The notes below the pieces were generated by a model, which saw only the letters and a list, made by a program, of their open reading frames with translations, was not told the DNA's origin and did not search any database. From a virus (taxonomy: Duplodnaviria; Caudoviricetes), in the IMG/VR virus record IMGVR_UViG_3300042922_000549, positions 1 through 53,047 of that record: 53,047 bases of DNA; one strand, 5' to 3'. Of this stretch, positions 35,369-44,423 are shown piece by piece. Both the position numbers and the translations under genes were made by a program. Within the stretch, counting starts at the first letter, position 1; every line of letters starts with the position of its first letter.

Positions 35369-37858
35369 TTATTTATTTAACAAATCTTTTATAGCTTTTT
35401 TAGTCTGTCTTATAATCTCTTGAGCATCTAAAGGTTCATTTGTAGTAATATTGAAATTGTTCTCAATCCTTGTTCCATTTCTATGTAATTCTTGAGCAAC
35501 ACCTAAATCAACATCATTCTCTTTACTAATAGCATCAATTTCATCTTTATATGAATCATAATAATTTTCTCTTTTCTTATTATACTCAGACCTATCACCA
35601 AAGCCAATACCAGAGCCTCCACCTGAATCTCTTTTTTCATCAAATGCTTTTATTCTTGCAGCTGTAGCAGCATCTGCCATACCTGTATAAGCTTTAGAAG
35701 TTTCATTAATACTGTTAGTTAAGTTTGCATGTTCAATTTGTAAGTCTAATAAACTATTTTTAAGTTTTAAAGCTTCATCAGAAGAGGCTCCATAAGCTGA
35801 CACAATATCTTGCAATGCTTTTTCTGCAAGTTGTATTTGCTGAGTTAATTGCTCTTGCTGTTCTTTCTGCACATTTAATTTTTTTGATAACTCTTCTGAA
35901 CTTCCTGCTAACTTAGTATTCATCACTTGCCATAATTGAAATTCTTTTTCTATTACACCAACAGTTAATTCTATACTACCATTAAATTTAGCTAAAGTTT
36001 CATCTACAGCTTCAGCTAAACTTTTAATTTCAGCTTTTACTGGTTTTGTTACTTGTTCCATTGCCCATTTTGGTCTATCTGCTTTCTTGATAATGCCACC
36101 TGCAATACCTTCATCAATATATTCACCTTGGCTTTCTCCCCATAATGAAGGAGAATGTGTATCAAATCCCTGCTTACCAGTAAATATATCTTTTATTCCT
36201 TGTACAAATCCTAAAACTTTATCTTTTACCCATTCAGCTTTTTCAGTTATTCCATTCACAAAGCCTTCAACTAAGTTTGTTCCTATTGTTTTTAAAGTTT
36301 CTGGAAGTGTAGTAAAAAAGTTAACAAGAATATCAAAATTTGTTTTTATCTTAGCACCAGCTGCTTCAAAAGCTACAACTATATTTTCCCATATTTTTGT
36401 CAAAGCATTTCTAAAATCCTCATTTGTTTTCCACAAGTGTACTATTAAAGCAACTAAACCGGCTATTGCCGCAACTATAAGAATTACTGGATTGGCTGCT
36501 AAAAAAGCAAAAGCTGCACTTAATGCTCCAGTGGCTTCAGCTGTTCCAAATAAAAATGTTCCTAAAGTACCTAATGCTGCTCCAATAGTAGTTACTGAAG
36601 TTATTAATCCTGATAGCAAGAGTAATATTGGACCTCCAACAGCAATAATACCAGCAATTGTAAGTATAGTATTTTTTGTCCCTTCATCTAAATCAGAAAA
36701 TTTATTTACTAAATCTTTAATTCCACCAACAACATCTAATATAAATGGTAATAACTTTTCACCAATCTCAATACCAACATTTTGAATACTTATTAACATT
36801 CCTGAAAAGCCTTCATTTGCTGCATCACTCATTGTTTTAAAATTCTTCTCTGTTGTTCCTGCTGAGTCACCCATTGCTACTAAAGCATCAGCAAATATTT
36901 TACCACCCTCACCTGTCATCTGTAAAGCAGCTTTTCCAGCTTCCATACTTCCAAATAAGTCAAGCAAGCTAACTCCATTTTCCTCAGCTTTAGTTCTCAT
37001 AAGTTCTAAAATTTCATTCAATGGTATACCAGAAGCAATCATATCTTGGAAACTCATACCAGCTAATTCTGTTCCTTCAGTAACAAATTCTAAAGATTTT
37101 TGAGCTTCTGTTCCTTTTTTACCTAATTCTGCAAATAAAGCATTTAGCTGTGTTGTTGCTTGGGCTGTAGGAGTACCTTGAGCAGTCATTGTAGCTAAAG
37201 CAGCACCAACTCCTTCAAATTCTACTCCCATTGCAGCTGCAGTTGGAATTACAGCAGATAATTGACTTGCTAATTCTCCAACAGTTGTTTTACCAACATC
37301 TTGTGTTTTTACCATAATATCTGAAACTCTTTTGAATGCTTCTTCACCTTGTAAACCGTATGCATTTAAAACAGAAGTAGCTCCATCAACAGCAGTACCA
37401 ATATCAGTAAATCCACCTTTTGCTAACATTGCAGATTGCTCTAAATAACTTAATACATCTGCCGTAGCTGTACCAGAAGAAAGTAAATCATACATAGCTC
37501 CTGCCATCTCAGTTGCAGATACATTCATATCATCTGATAATTCAAGTGTACCTTTTTTTAAATCTTCCATAGATACAGCAGTAGTGTCTGCTATAGTAGA
37601 TACTTGCTTCATTCCATAATCAAAATCTGAAGCGAATTTAACAGCTCCTATGCCAGCTCCAACCAAAGGGGCTGTTACTCTGCTTGTTAAAGTTCCACCT
37701 ACATTTTTAAGGGTTGAGCTTACTCCTAGAAGTTTATCATTAAGAGTAGCAGATTCATTCTTAAAAACTTGTAAATCATTAAAAGCAGTTTTAAATCCTT
37801 GCTTAAATCCTGTAGAATCAAGTAACAAATACCCAACTGCTGAGCCAATATCAACCAT
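35369..37858 (-). CDS. tail tape measure protein
   Basis: 829 aa, Ala/Gly-rich TP901-type core, hydrophobic segment, HSPS motif. Confidence 0.93.
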   Translation of the reverse strand: MVDIGSAVGYLLLDSTGFKQGFKTAFNDLQVFKNESATLNDKLLGVSSTLKNVGGTLTSRVTAPLVGAGIGAVKFASDFDYGMKQVSTIADTTAVSMEDLKKGTLELSDDMNVSATEMAGAMYDLLSSGTATADVLSYLEQSAMLAKGGFTDIGTAVDGATSVLNAYGLQGEEAFKRVSDIMVKTQDVGKTTVGELASQLSAVIPTAAAMGVEFEGVGAALATMTAQGTPTAQATTQLNALFAELGKKGTEAQKSLEFVTEGTELAGMSFQDMIASGIPLNEILELMRTKAEENGVSLLDLFGSMEAGKAALQMTGEGGKIFADALVAMGDSAGTTEKNFKTMSDAANEGFSGMLISIQNVGIEIGEKLLPFILDVVGGIKDLVNKFSDLDEGTKNTILTIAGIIAVGGPILLLLSGLITSVTTIGAALGTLGTFLFGTAEATGALSAAFAFLAANPVILIVAAIAGLVALIVHLWKTNEDFRNALTKIWENIVVAFEAAGAKIKTNFDILVNFFTTLPETLKTIGTNLVEGFVNGITEKAEWVKDKVLGFVQGIKDIFTGKQGFDTHSPSLWGESQGEYIDEGIAGGIIKKADRPKWAMEQVTKPVKAEIKSLAEAVDETLAKFNGSIELTVGVIEKEFQLWQVMNTKLAGSSEELSKKLNVQKEQQEQLTQQIQLAEKALQDIVSAYGASSDEALKLKNSLLDLQIEHANLTNSINETSKAYTGMADAATAARIKAFDEKRDSGGGSGIGFGDRSEYNKKRENYYDSYKDEIDAISKENDVDLGVAQELHRNGTRIENNFNITTNEPLDAQEIIRQTKKAIKDLLNK

Positions 37859-37870
37859 TAAATCACCTCC

Positions 37871-38086
37871 TTAAAAGTCTAAGTTTTTATAAATATCTGA
37901 AAAACTTTTATATTCCTTTTTAAACTTAATTTCCTTACCTTGCTCTAAATTCATCCTAATAAATAAACATGCTTCATCAAAACAATAAGACGTATATTCA
38001 TCTTCGATGTTTAGTATCTCACTCGGAAGTTTGTTATACGTCTTAGACATGTGTATTATATTTAAAATTTCACTACTTTTTACGAA
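37871..38086 (-). CDS. tail assembly chaperone C-terminal extension (reached by +1 frameshift)
   Basis: Open +1 frame FVKSSEILNIIHMSKTYNKLPSEIL..EYTSYCFDEAC...; ends just before the tape measure RBS. Confidence 0.7.
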   Translation of the reverse strand, partial: FVKSSEILNIIHMSKTYNKLPSEILNIEDEYTSYCFDEACLFIRMNLEQGKEIKFKKEYKSFSDIYKNLDF

Positions 38087-38477
38087 AGGATTTTAGGTTT
38101 TCCACACCAGTTTGGGTATAGTTAAACAGAAATATATATTGGTCATCTGCCAACTCAATACCAGCATCCTTTATTTCTTTATAAGTTGGTTCTAAAAATG
38201 CAGCTTCTGCAACATTATCTAATATTCCATAAAACTGCTCCATATTACTTTTTCCTTCTTTATCTACAGGAAGTGCAGACCCATTAAATAAACTATTTGC
38301 AGCTGCAACAAGTTGATTCGGTATCTTACCACTTTTTACTAAAGCTAACAAACTAGGCCTTCTTATTCTTGCTATGAAAGGTTGCCCTTCAGCAAAAGGC
38401 GGAAATTCTACTATAACTCCATCTTTGTATCTTACTAACTCCATTATAGGAGTTATTTTCTTTTGTATATTTGCCAT
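38073..38477 (-). CDS. tail assembly chaperone
   Basis: Between the major tail and tape measure genes; ends LKSFRKK. Confidence 0.8.
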   Translation of the reverse strand: MANIQKKITPIMELVRYKDGVIVEFPPFAEGQPFIARIRRPSLLALVKSGKIPNQLVAAANSLFNGSALPVDKEGKSNMEQFYGILDNVAEAAFLEPTYKEIKDAGIELADDQYIFLFNYTQTGVENLKSFRKK

Positions 38478-38496
38478 TTCAATTCACCTCTCAAAT

Positions 38497-39069
38497 TTAA
38501 GCAACTACCGGTAATGTATCTATATACGTAATAGTATAGGGGGCTACACCTGTATCTGGAGTTGATAAGATTGTATACTCTGGTACTCTAAACACTCCAT
38601 CTTCTGAACTAAAAGCTATAGGCTTTCCTTTACAATTAGGATATGTTATTTTCTCATATCTTACTATTTCTCCAGCAGCATTATACTGAGCAGAATAAGC
38701 AGATAGTTCAAATGGTTCACCTTTTTCAGAAGAACCTACAACTGGAGGAGTATATCCTATCACTTTTGTAACTTCAACTGCATCATATGAAATAACTCCA
38801 CCTTGTACTACTTTAACTACTTCAGGAGCAAATGTGTTATCTGTCAAAATTATTTGATGTCCTGTTAATGTACTTTCTTCTGGTTTCTGCGCTTTTAATT
38901 TATTTTTAATTATTAGCTTAACACCTTCAGTTGTCTCTATTTGAGGGCTAACTCCAATTTTAGAAGCTGTATCTAAAGCATACTCATCAACTGCTCCCTC
39001 TGCTAAAGATTTTATTGTCACTAGCACAACATCAATTGTTGGTATTTCTGTAATTTTCTTTAATGCCAT
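38497..39069 (-). CDS. major tail tube protein
   Basis: Size, synteny and beta-rich sequence. Confidence 0.75.
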   Translation of the reverse strand: MALKKITEIPTIDVVLVTIKSLAEGAVDEYALDTASKIGVSPQIETTEGVKLIIKNKLKAQKPEESTLTGHQIILTDNTFAPEVVKVVQGGVISYDAVEVTKVIGYTPPVVGSSEKGEPFELSAYSAQYNAAGEIVRYEKITYPNCKGKPIAFSSEDGVFRVPEYTILSTPDTGVAPYTITYIDTLPVVA

Positions 39070-39085
39070 TTTTTATTCCTCCTAA

Positions 39086-39439
39086 CTAAAGTTTTCTATT
39101 ATTTCTGTATTGAATACTAATCATATGAGCTTGAACTTTATCATCTAAGAAAGATGGAGATTCATAACCCGTATCTACTAGCATAGGATATAATTCTTTC
39201 ATTACTTGCTTTACTTGATTTTTGTATGGTATCAACTCGCTATATTTATTTCTAGGAACATATAACAATAAATCATAGTAATCTAAGCTTGATGAATAAT
39301 TTGGATATTTACTACCTCCAGAATATTTAACTACAGTATAAGGAGCTGAGCACTCACCTGTTTTTGTATTAGGATAGTAAATGTCAAATCCTTTTTCTTT
39401 TAACTTTAAATAGATATCTTCTAGTCTAGTATTTGCCAT
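39086..39439 (-). CDS. tail terminator/completion protein
   Basis: Synteny; PYTVVK...YVP pattern. Confidence 0.65.
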   Translation of the reverse strand: MANTRLEDIYLKLKEKGFDIYYPNTKTGECSAPYTVVKYSGGSKYPNYSSSLDYYDLLLYVPRNKYSELIPYKNQVKQVMKELYPMLVDTGYESPSFLDDKVQAHMISIQYRNNRKL

Positions 39440-39440
39440 A

Positions 39441-39800
39441 TTATTTACCTAACCTATCCATTAATTTCTCAAGTCCCGAAAGAACCTCTGGAGATTTAAG
39501 TCTAATTGTTGGTTCTATTATAGCATAATTTTTCTCATTAGCTAATTCCAACCATATTCCATAACTAACTCCATGAGCTAACCGTAATTCATATCCTTTT
39601 GAAACTTTATAAGCAGAGCCTTCTAATCTATTTCTTGCTGAACTTGTTCTATCAGTCCAAGGCCTATTTTCTTTAGCACTTGTTTCCAACTTTTTAGCCG
39701 AAGTATCTGCAAACATTCTAAAAGCTACATCAATTTTGTCATCTAACAAATTTAAGCCTTTTTCTAAATTTTTAAAATCCATCTTAAATCCATCAGGCAT
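39441..39800 (-). CDS. HK97 gp10-like neck protein
   Basis: PWTDRT..AR..L...HGVSYGIWLE. Confidence 0.75.
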   Translation of the reverse strand: MPDGFKMDFKNLEKGLNLLDDKIDVAFRMFADTSAKKLETSAKENRPWTDRTSSARNRLEGSAYKVSKGYELRLAHGVSYGIWLELANEKNYAIIEPTIRLKSPEVLSGLEKLMDRLGK

Positions 39801-40175
39801 TTACATCACTTCCAGACTTATATCTATAAACTCATTTTCTTCAAGGATATCATTTGTACCATTAACTTTATAAAGCTTTCCATTGAGTTCTACTTTATCA
39901 TTAAAAATAATATCTTTAGCTTCTTCATACAAACAAACCATCATGGTAATTTTCTTGCTTTGCACTCTGGCTGATTCACCCTCTCCAACTTGTATGTACT
40001 TATTTACCTCATGATATATAGCTTTTACTGGATAAGTAATTAACTCATATTCATTGCTGAGCTCCTCATCATAGGAATTTTTTAAGTTTCTTTTAAATGT
40101 GTAGGTTTTACCATGACGCAAAATATTGTTTCTTAGAATGTGTTTTGAAAACCCTAGACCATTCATATTAATCAC
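39801..40175 (-). CDS. head closure protein
   Basis: Synteny and size. Confidence 0.6.
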   Translation of the reverse strand: MINMNGLGFSKHILRNNILRHGKTYTFKRNLKNSYDEELSNEYELITYPVKAIYHEVNKYIQVGEGESARVQSKKITMMVCLYEEAKDIIFNDKVELNGKLYKVNGTNDILEENEFIDISLEVM

Positions 40176-40428
40176 CCAATATCCTTGAATTGTTAGGCTT
40201 AAACCTACTAGCTAATCTCTTAAAATAAGAAGAGGTGTCCGGTATATTTAAACCACTTACATCTAAAGTAGTAACTTCAGATTTTAATATTAAGCATTCA
40301 TAAATTGTTTTGTCTAAACCATTGTTATTTTTCTCTAAATAGTAAAGTAAGTCCTCATCATCAAAATAAGGGATTTGTTTTTCTCTTAATTCAATTTTAA
40401 GAGCTGCTAAATTTTCCATACCTTTCAC
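40168..40428 (-). CDS. head-tail connector/adaptor
   Basis: PYFDDEDL motif; synteny. Confidence 0.65.
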   Translation of the reverse strand: MKGMENLAALKIELREKQIPYFDDEDLLYYLEKNNNGLDKTIYECLILKSEVTTLDVSGLNIPDTSSYFKRLASRFKPNNSRILGD

Positions 40429-40440
40429 CTCCTACTTTAA

Positions 40441-40821
40441 TTAAGCTTGTGCTTTTTTGATAGCTGCTTTTATTTCTTTCTTAGTCTTTAAGCCTTCAAT
40501 GTTTATACCTTTTATTTTAGCATACTCAACCAATTCTTTATAGTTCATTTCAGATATTGGCTTTTCTAAAAGATCGTTATTCTCTTCTTTTACAGATTCT
40601 TTAGCTTCATCATCTATATCATCTTCATCAATGATATCTTCATCATCCACTAAATCATCTTCATCTATTGGGTCCTCATCAAAATCATCTAAATCTTCAC
40701 CTTCCATAAACTCTTCTAAGGTTTCAACTTCAACTTTTTCCCAGCCTTGTCTCTTAAATATTGAGTTAAAGGCGCCGGTTGTTACCAACCTTTCAGCGCC
40801 TCCTTTTATTATTTTAATCAT
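40441..40821 (-). CDS. acidic protein with C-terminal HeH/Rho_N-like module
   Basis: EMNYKELVEYAKIKGI...KKEIKAAI; follows the capsid gene. Confidence 0.65.
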   Translation of the reverse strand: MIKIIKGGAERLVTTGAFNSIFKRQGWEKVEVETLEEFMEGEDLDDFDEDPIDEDDLVDDEDIIDEDDIDDEAKESVKEENNDLLEKPISEMNYKELVEYAKIKGINIEGLKTKKEIKAAIKKAQA

Positions 40822-40834
40822 ATTATTTCACCTC

Positions 40835-41875
40835 TTACGGAATTATTACATCAGCAATTATAATTTGGTCTGCAGCTTCAAATGAAGGCAAACAAATCAT
40901 TGTTACTTTTGTTTCAACATTTACTGGGTCCTCTTTTGCTATTGTAGTAATAGCAACACCAGTATCAACAATAGAAACATTGGCAACTTTAGCTGACATT
41001 AAATCACTCTCTTCAGGAGTTGTACCAAACCAAGTTGTTCCTAAAGGCCCTTCAGGGAATAGTACAAATGTATCATCTGGAACATACTTAGTAGCTACAC
41101 CGGATTCATCAGTATATTTCTTGCTGTAAACAACAACTTGTAACCCATCTGCTTCATCTGCCAAATATTGTCTCAAACGAGTATCACTTAATGTTCCAAC
41201 ACCATTAGTTAATACATAAATATTTTTCTTTATTACTTCATTATTCAACAAATATCCCCAAGTTTTTCTTGAACAAATAGCTCTTGTAGGTTTAACACCA
41301 GTTGTTTCTTCTATTTGTTCTTGCCATTTTAAGATATCAGCTAAAATATTAGTTGTAGCAGTTGCCCAACTTGCAAGTACAGTTACTTTATTTTCATTAG
41401 GAATTTGATAGTCATAGTCATAAGCTTGTCCATTAGCTGTGATCGAAATCATACCAGTTGTTAAAGCCATCATTCTCATTCTTTCTCTTTGAGCAGCAGC
41501 ACCTTCAAGTAAAACCATTGGCTCATTAAATACTCTATTCATTACAGAATCAATATAAGCTTGATTTCCTGTTTCTAAAACCATGTTCAACTCTTGACGA
41601 AGTTTTTCATCAATGTATGTAGATTCTTTGAAGAATGGCATTTCAGTTGCTAATGTATCAAAACCAATACGTGGTCTTGGAACTGCTGCAACATCAAATG
41701 CAGATGGTTTTAAAACTATAGGAAGTCCTTTACTTCCTTTAATCCATTTTAAATCTAATCCCAATTTTTTATCTTTTGGGAATAATTCTTCTCCTAAGTA
41801 AGGAGCTTTGTCTTTTGTACTTTCATTCCAGTAAGCCGCAAGTTCTGGGGCTTGCATTAAATCGAATATATTCAT
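40835..41875 (-). CDS. major capsid protein (lambda E-like)
   Basis: 346 aa; YLGEELFP, MPFFKES, RERMRM, DPVNVET. Confidence 0.9.
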   Translation of the reverse strand: MNIFDLMQAPELAAYWNESTKDKAPYLGEELFPKDKKLGLDLKWIKGSKGLPIVLKPSAFDVAAVPRPRIGFDTLATEMPFFKESTYIDEKLRQELNMVLETGNQAYIDSVMNRVFNEPMVLLEGAAAQRERMRMMALTTGMISITANGQAYDYDYQIPNENKVTVLASWATATTNILADILKWQEQIEETTGVKPTRAICSRKTWGYLLNNEVIKKNIYVLTNGVGTLSDTRLRQYLADEADGLQVVVYSKKYTDESGVATKYVPDDTFVLFPEGPLGTTWFGTTPEESDLMSAKVANVSIVDTGVAITTIAKEDPVNVETKVTMICLPSFEAADQIIIADVIIP

Positions 41876-41934
41876 TATATATTTCCTCCCGTTATTTTAT
41901 AATATAGCTTGTACTAATCGATCCAAATTTCTAA

Positions 41935-42306
41935 TTAATCATTTAAAAATGTAACTTTGTTCTTTAAAGCTGTAACTGCTTCAGCAACCGGAACAACATC
42001 AATTCTATCAAGGTTAACAAAACCCCAAATTAACATTGAACCATTAGCATTTCCAGCTGTTACATCAACATCATGAAGCAATACACCTTGAGCTTTTGCT
42101 CCGTCAGCAGCTAAATTTGTTACAATAGCAGGAGTTTCTCTACTTGTAAGTAAACTAGTATCTCCACCGATTGGAGTACCTGCTTTAATTATTTTCTTTC
42201 CATCAACAGCTACTACTCCTGTGTTAGCAACTATAACACTAATTGCCATTTGATTCTGCACATTAAACAATATCTGCTTTGGTGCACCATAAGTTGTTTT
42301 TATCAT
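41935..42306 (-). CDS. head decoration protein
   Basis: KKIIKAGTP...GVLLHDVDVT; upstream of the capsid gene. Confidence 0.8.
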   Translation of the reverse strand: MIKTTYGAPKQILFNVQNQMAISVIVANTGVVAVDGKKIIKAGTPIGGDTSLLTSRETPAIVTNLAADGAKAQGVLLHDVDVTAGNANGSMLIWGFVNLDRIDVVPVAEAVTALKNKVTFLND

Positions 42307-42322
42307 TTCTTATACCTCCAAA

Positions 42323-43006
42323 TTATTTTGTAAAGTATGAACTCTTAGCTGTTCCTGTTCCTTGATTTTTCTTAGCTAATCTTTCACCTATTCCAACTAC
42401 TTCTGCTTTACCTTTTTTGCCAGTAACCTTTGAGCCAGTACCACTAGCTCCTTTAGTGTCTTCCTCTTCTGTTTCACTAAAAAAATTGGGATATGTTTTC
42501 TTCATGTCCTCTAAAACAGCAGCTAAGTCTTTATTATCAGTTATTTTAGTCATTGCTAATACAATAGCATCATCTACAAACTTAGGATTAACTCCAGCTT
42601 TAATGGCATCTAATTTAGCCTCTAATAAAGCAGCTTTCTTTGAAGCCTCATCAGCAGCTTTTTCTTTCTCAGCCAATGCAGCTTGAGCTTTTTCAGTATC
42701 TGATTTTTGGCTATCTTGCCACTCTTTCAACTTAGCTAAACTATCTTTTACAGACTTAACATCTTCAATACCTAACTCTTTTAGTATTGCTTTCTTACCT
42801 GATTCCTTTTCTTTTTTGGCAATGGCATTTAACTCCTCTTGAGTGTATGTCTTTGTTTCCTTATTTTTATCTCCATCACCTTTGTCTCCGTCTCCACCTT
42901 CTCCATCACCTTCTCCGCCTTCGGCAAACAATTGTAATTTTAAAGGTGCAAACATTCTTCTTGTCTCTAACATTTTTCTTAAGTTTTCCATTTTACATTC
43001 CTCCAA
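42323..43006 (-). CDS. head scaffolding protein
   Basis: LKLQLFAE motif, TYTQEEL, coiled coil, YPNFF. Confidence 0.85.
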   Translation of the reverse strand: MEECKMENLRKMLETRRMFAPLKLQLFAEGGEGDGEGGDGDKGDGDKNKETKTYTQEELNAIAKKEKESGKKAILKELGIEDVKSVKDSLAKLKEWQDSQKSDTEKAQAALAEKEKAADEASKKAALLEAKLDAIKAGVNPKFVDDAIVLAMTKITDNKDLAAVLEDMKKTYPNFFSETEEEDTKGASGTGSKVTGKKGKAEVVGIGERLAKKNQGTGTAKSSYFTK

Positions 43007-43009
43007 ACT

Positions 43010-43432
43010 CTAATCCAGATTTTTTAGTGCCTCTGGTAGGCTGATATCCAATTGTTCTTTTAAGTCTCCACTCTGGTAAAAAGACTTATTATAATGCTTA
43101 TTTAAAGCATCACGATTCAATTTAAAATCTGTCATTAATCTTTGCAACTCGCATCTGTAATCAACCATTTGTTCAGCTCTATTTGTTACTTTAAACTCAA
43201 GCTGCTTAGTTAACCATCTTATTCTTTTAAACATCTCAATTGTTTTCTCATCATCAATAATAACATGATAAGCTTGTCCACATTTAATACACTCAAAATA
43301 GGTTAGAGTTAATTTTTTATTGTCATTGAGTATTAATATGTCCTTTTTCTTAAGTTTAATTTGACGCAATTTCATGACCTCTGAGCAATGGTCACATTTA
43401 ATACTTAATACATCATTTCTTAACTTTGCCAT
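43010..43432 (-). CDS. hypothetical zinc-ribbon protein
   Basis: CDHC and CIKC pairs. Confidence 0.65.
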   Translation of the reverse strand: MAKLRNDVLSIKCDHCSEVMKLRQIKLKKKDILILNDNKKLTLTYFECIKCGQAYHVIIDDEKTIEMFKRIRWLTKQLEFKVTNRAEQMVDYRCELQRLMTDFKLNRDALNKHYNKSFYQSGDLKEQLDISLPEALKNLD

Positions 43433-43464
43433 TGGAATACTCCTTTTAAATTATTTATAAAATT

Positions 43465-43498
43465 AAAATAACCCAGTGAAATGTCTTCACTGAGCTAT
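43465..43498 (-). terminator. intrinsic terminator
   Basis: ATAGCTCAGTGAA/TTCACTGGGTTAT stem plus T-rich tail. Confidence 0.6.
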
Positions 43499-43521
43499 CC
43501 TCTAAAAACTGGTTTATTTAA

Positions 43522-43686
43522 TTATTTATATTCAATAATACTCTTTATTGGAAAGTAAGTTGTACTGTTATATTTTTCAAATTCTTTTCTTACCTCAGTT
43601 TTATTCTTGCCTTCCTTTTCACATGTACAAGTTTCTTCAGTTCCTCTTACACTTTTAACCTCATATGTTATAATAAATTTTTTCAT
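43522..43686 (-). CDS. small hypothetical protein (54 aa, not in ORF track)
   Basis: MKKFIITYEVKSVRG...; own promoter, CGGAGG RBS and terminator. Confidence 0.65.
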   Translation of the reverse strand: MKKFIITYEVKSVRGTEETCTCEKEGKNKTEVRKEFEKYNSTTYFPIKSIIEYK

Positions 43687-43735
43687 TTTAGTCCTCCGAC
43701 TGAATTTTATTTGGCTAATATCTTAACCTGTTTAT

Positions 43736-43764
43736 ATTATACAATATATAATTCTATTTGTACA
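43736..43764 (-). promoter_or_regulatory. sigmaA-type promoter
   Basis: TGTACA-N17-TATAAT. Confidence 0.7.
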
Positions 43765-43806
43765 CATTTATTTTGTAAATTTTATAAAAATTTTATAAAA
43801 AATTAT

Positions 43807-43824
43807 AAGGACCCGAAGGTCCTT
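43807..43824 (-). terminator. terminator-like hairpin with UUCG loop
   Basis: AAGGACC-TTCG-GGTCCTT then ATAATTTTT. Confidence 0.7.
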
Positions 43825-43828
43825 CTTT

Positions 43829-44029
43829 TTAATCTCTTACATATACATTGTGAATATATTCTGCTATACTATCCATTTCCTCTTGTTCCCAACCTAATCT
43901 GTTAATTATGATTTGAACTATTATGTAGAGTTTCCATTCTTCTAAAGTCATACCCTGTGCTATTTCTTCCGGTACGTCCTTTTGAATTTTAGTTGTTATG
44001 AAGTCTAATCTTTCTGTAAAATCTTTCAT
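43829..44029 (-). CDS. hypothetical protein (moron-like unit)
   Basis: 66 aa with its own promoter, RBS and terminator. Confidence 0.7.
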   Translation of the reverse strand: MKDFTERLDFITTKIQKDVPEEIAQGMTLEEWKLYIIVQIIINRLGWEQEEMDSIAEYIHNVYVRD

Positions 44030-44078
44030 CTTTTATCCTCCGATAGATTATTTGGTACATTCCATACCTTATGATAAT

Positions 44079-44107
44079 ATTATACAATATAATTTTAAAC
44101 TTGTACA
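44079..44107 (-). promoter_or_regulatory. sigmaA-type promoter
   Basis: TGTACA-N17-TATAAT. Confidence 0.7.
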
Positions 44108-44118
44108 CATATTTTTAT

Positions 44119-44147
44119 AAAAAATAATAGGGAGTTTTTCACTCCCT
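44119..44147 (-). terminator. intrinsic terminator
   Basis: AGGGAGT-GAAAA-ACTCCCT then ATTATTTTTT. Confidence 0.7.
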
Positions 44148-44148
44148 C

Positions 44149-44346
44149 TTAGCTATGCTTTTCACATTTATTCCCGTATAGTACATCCCCCGGTTTTCCA
44201 GTTGGATATTCTGTACATATACCAATGTATCTTGGTTCACTATACTTAAAATCACAATCCTTACAATCCAAATCATTTGCTGTTACTTCAGAGAAATTCT
44301 CGTCCTCTGTTTCATATCTTAGTCTTATTTCTTCTTCTTTTCCCAT
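44149..44346 (-). CDS. small Cys-containing protein, candidate immunity partner of MuF-ART
   Basis: CKDC...C..YP.GKP...C; directly downstream of the toxin gene with its own promoter. Confidence 0.6.
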   Translation of the reverse strand: MGKEEEIRLRYETEDENFSEVTANDLDCKDCDFKYSEPRYIGICTEYPTGKPGDVLYGNKCEKHS

Positions 44347-44391
44347 TTACATTCTCACCTCTTTTTATATATTATATTTCTTTCTTAATAT

Positions 44392-44420
44392 ATTATACAT
44401 CAAATAAGAAATAATGTAAA
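44392..44420 (-). promoter_or_regulatory. sigmaA-type promoter
   Basis: TTTACA-N17-TATAAT immediately after the MuF-ART stop codon. Confidence 0.75.
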
Positions 44421-44423
44421 CAA

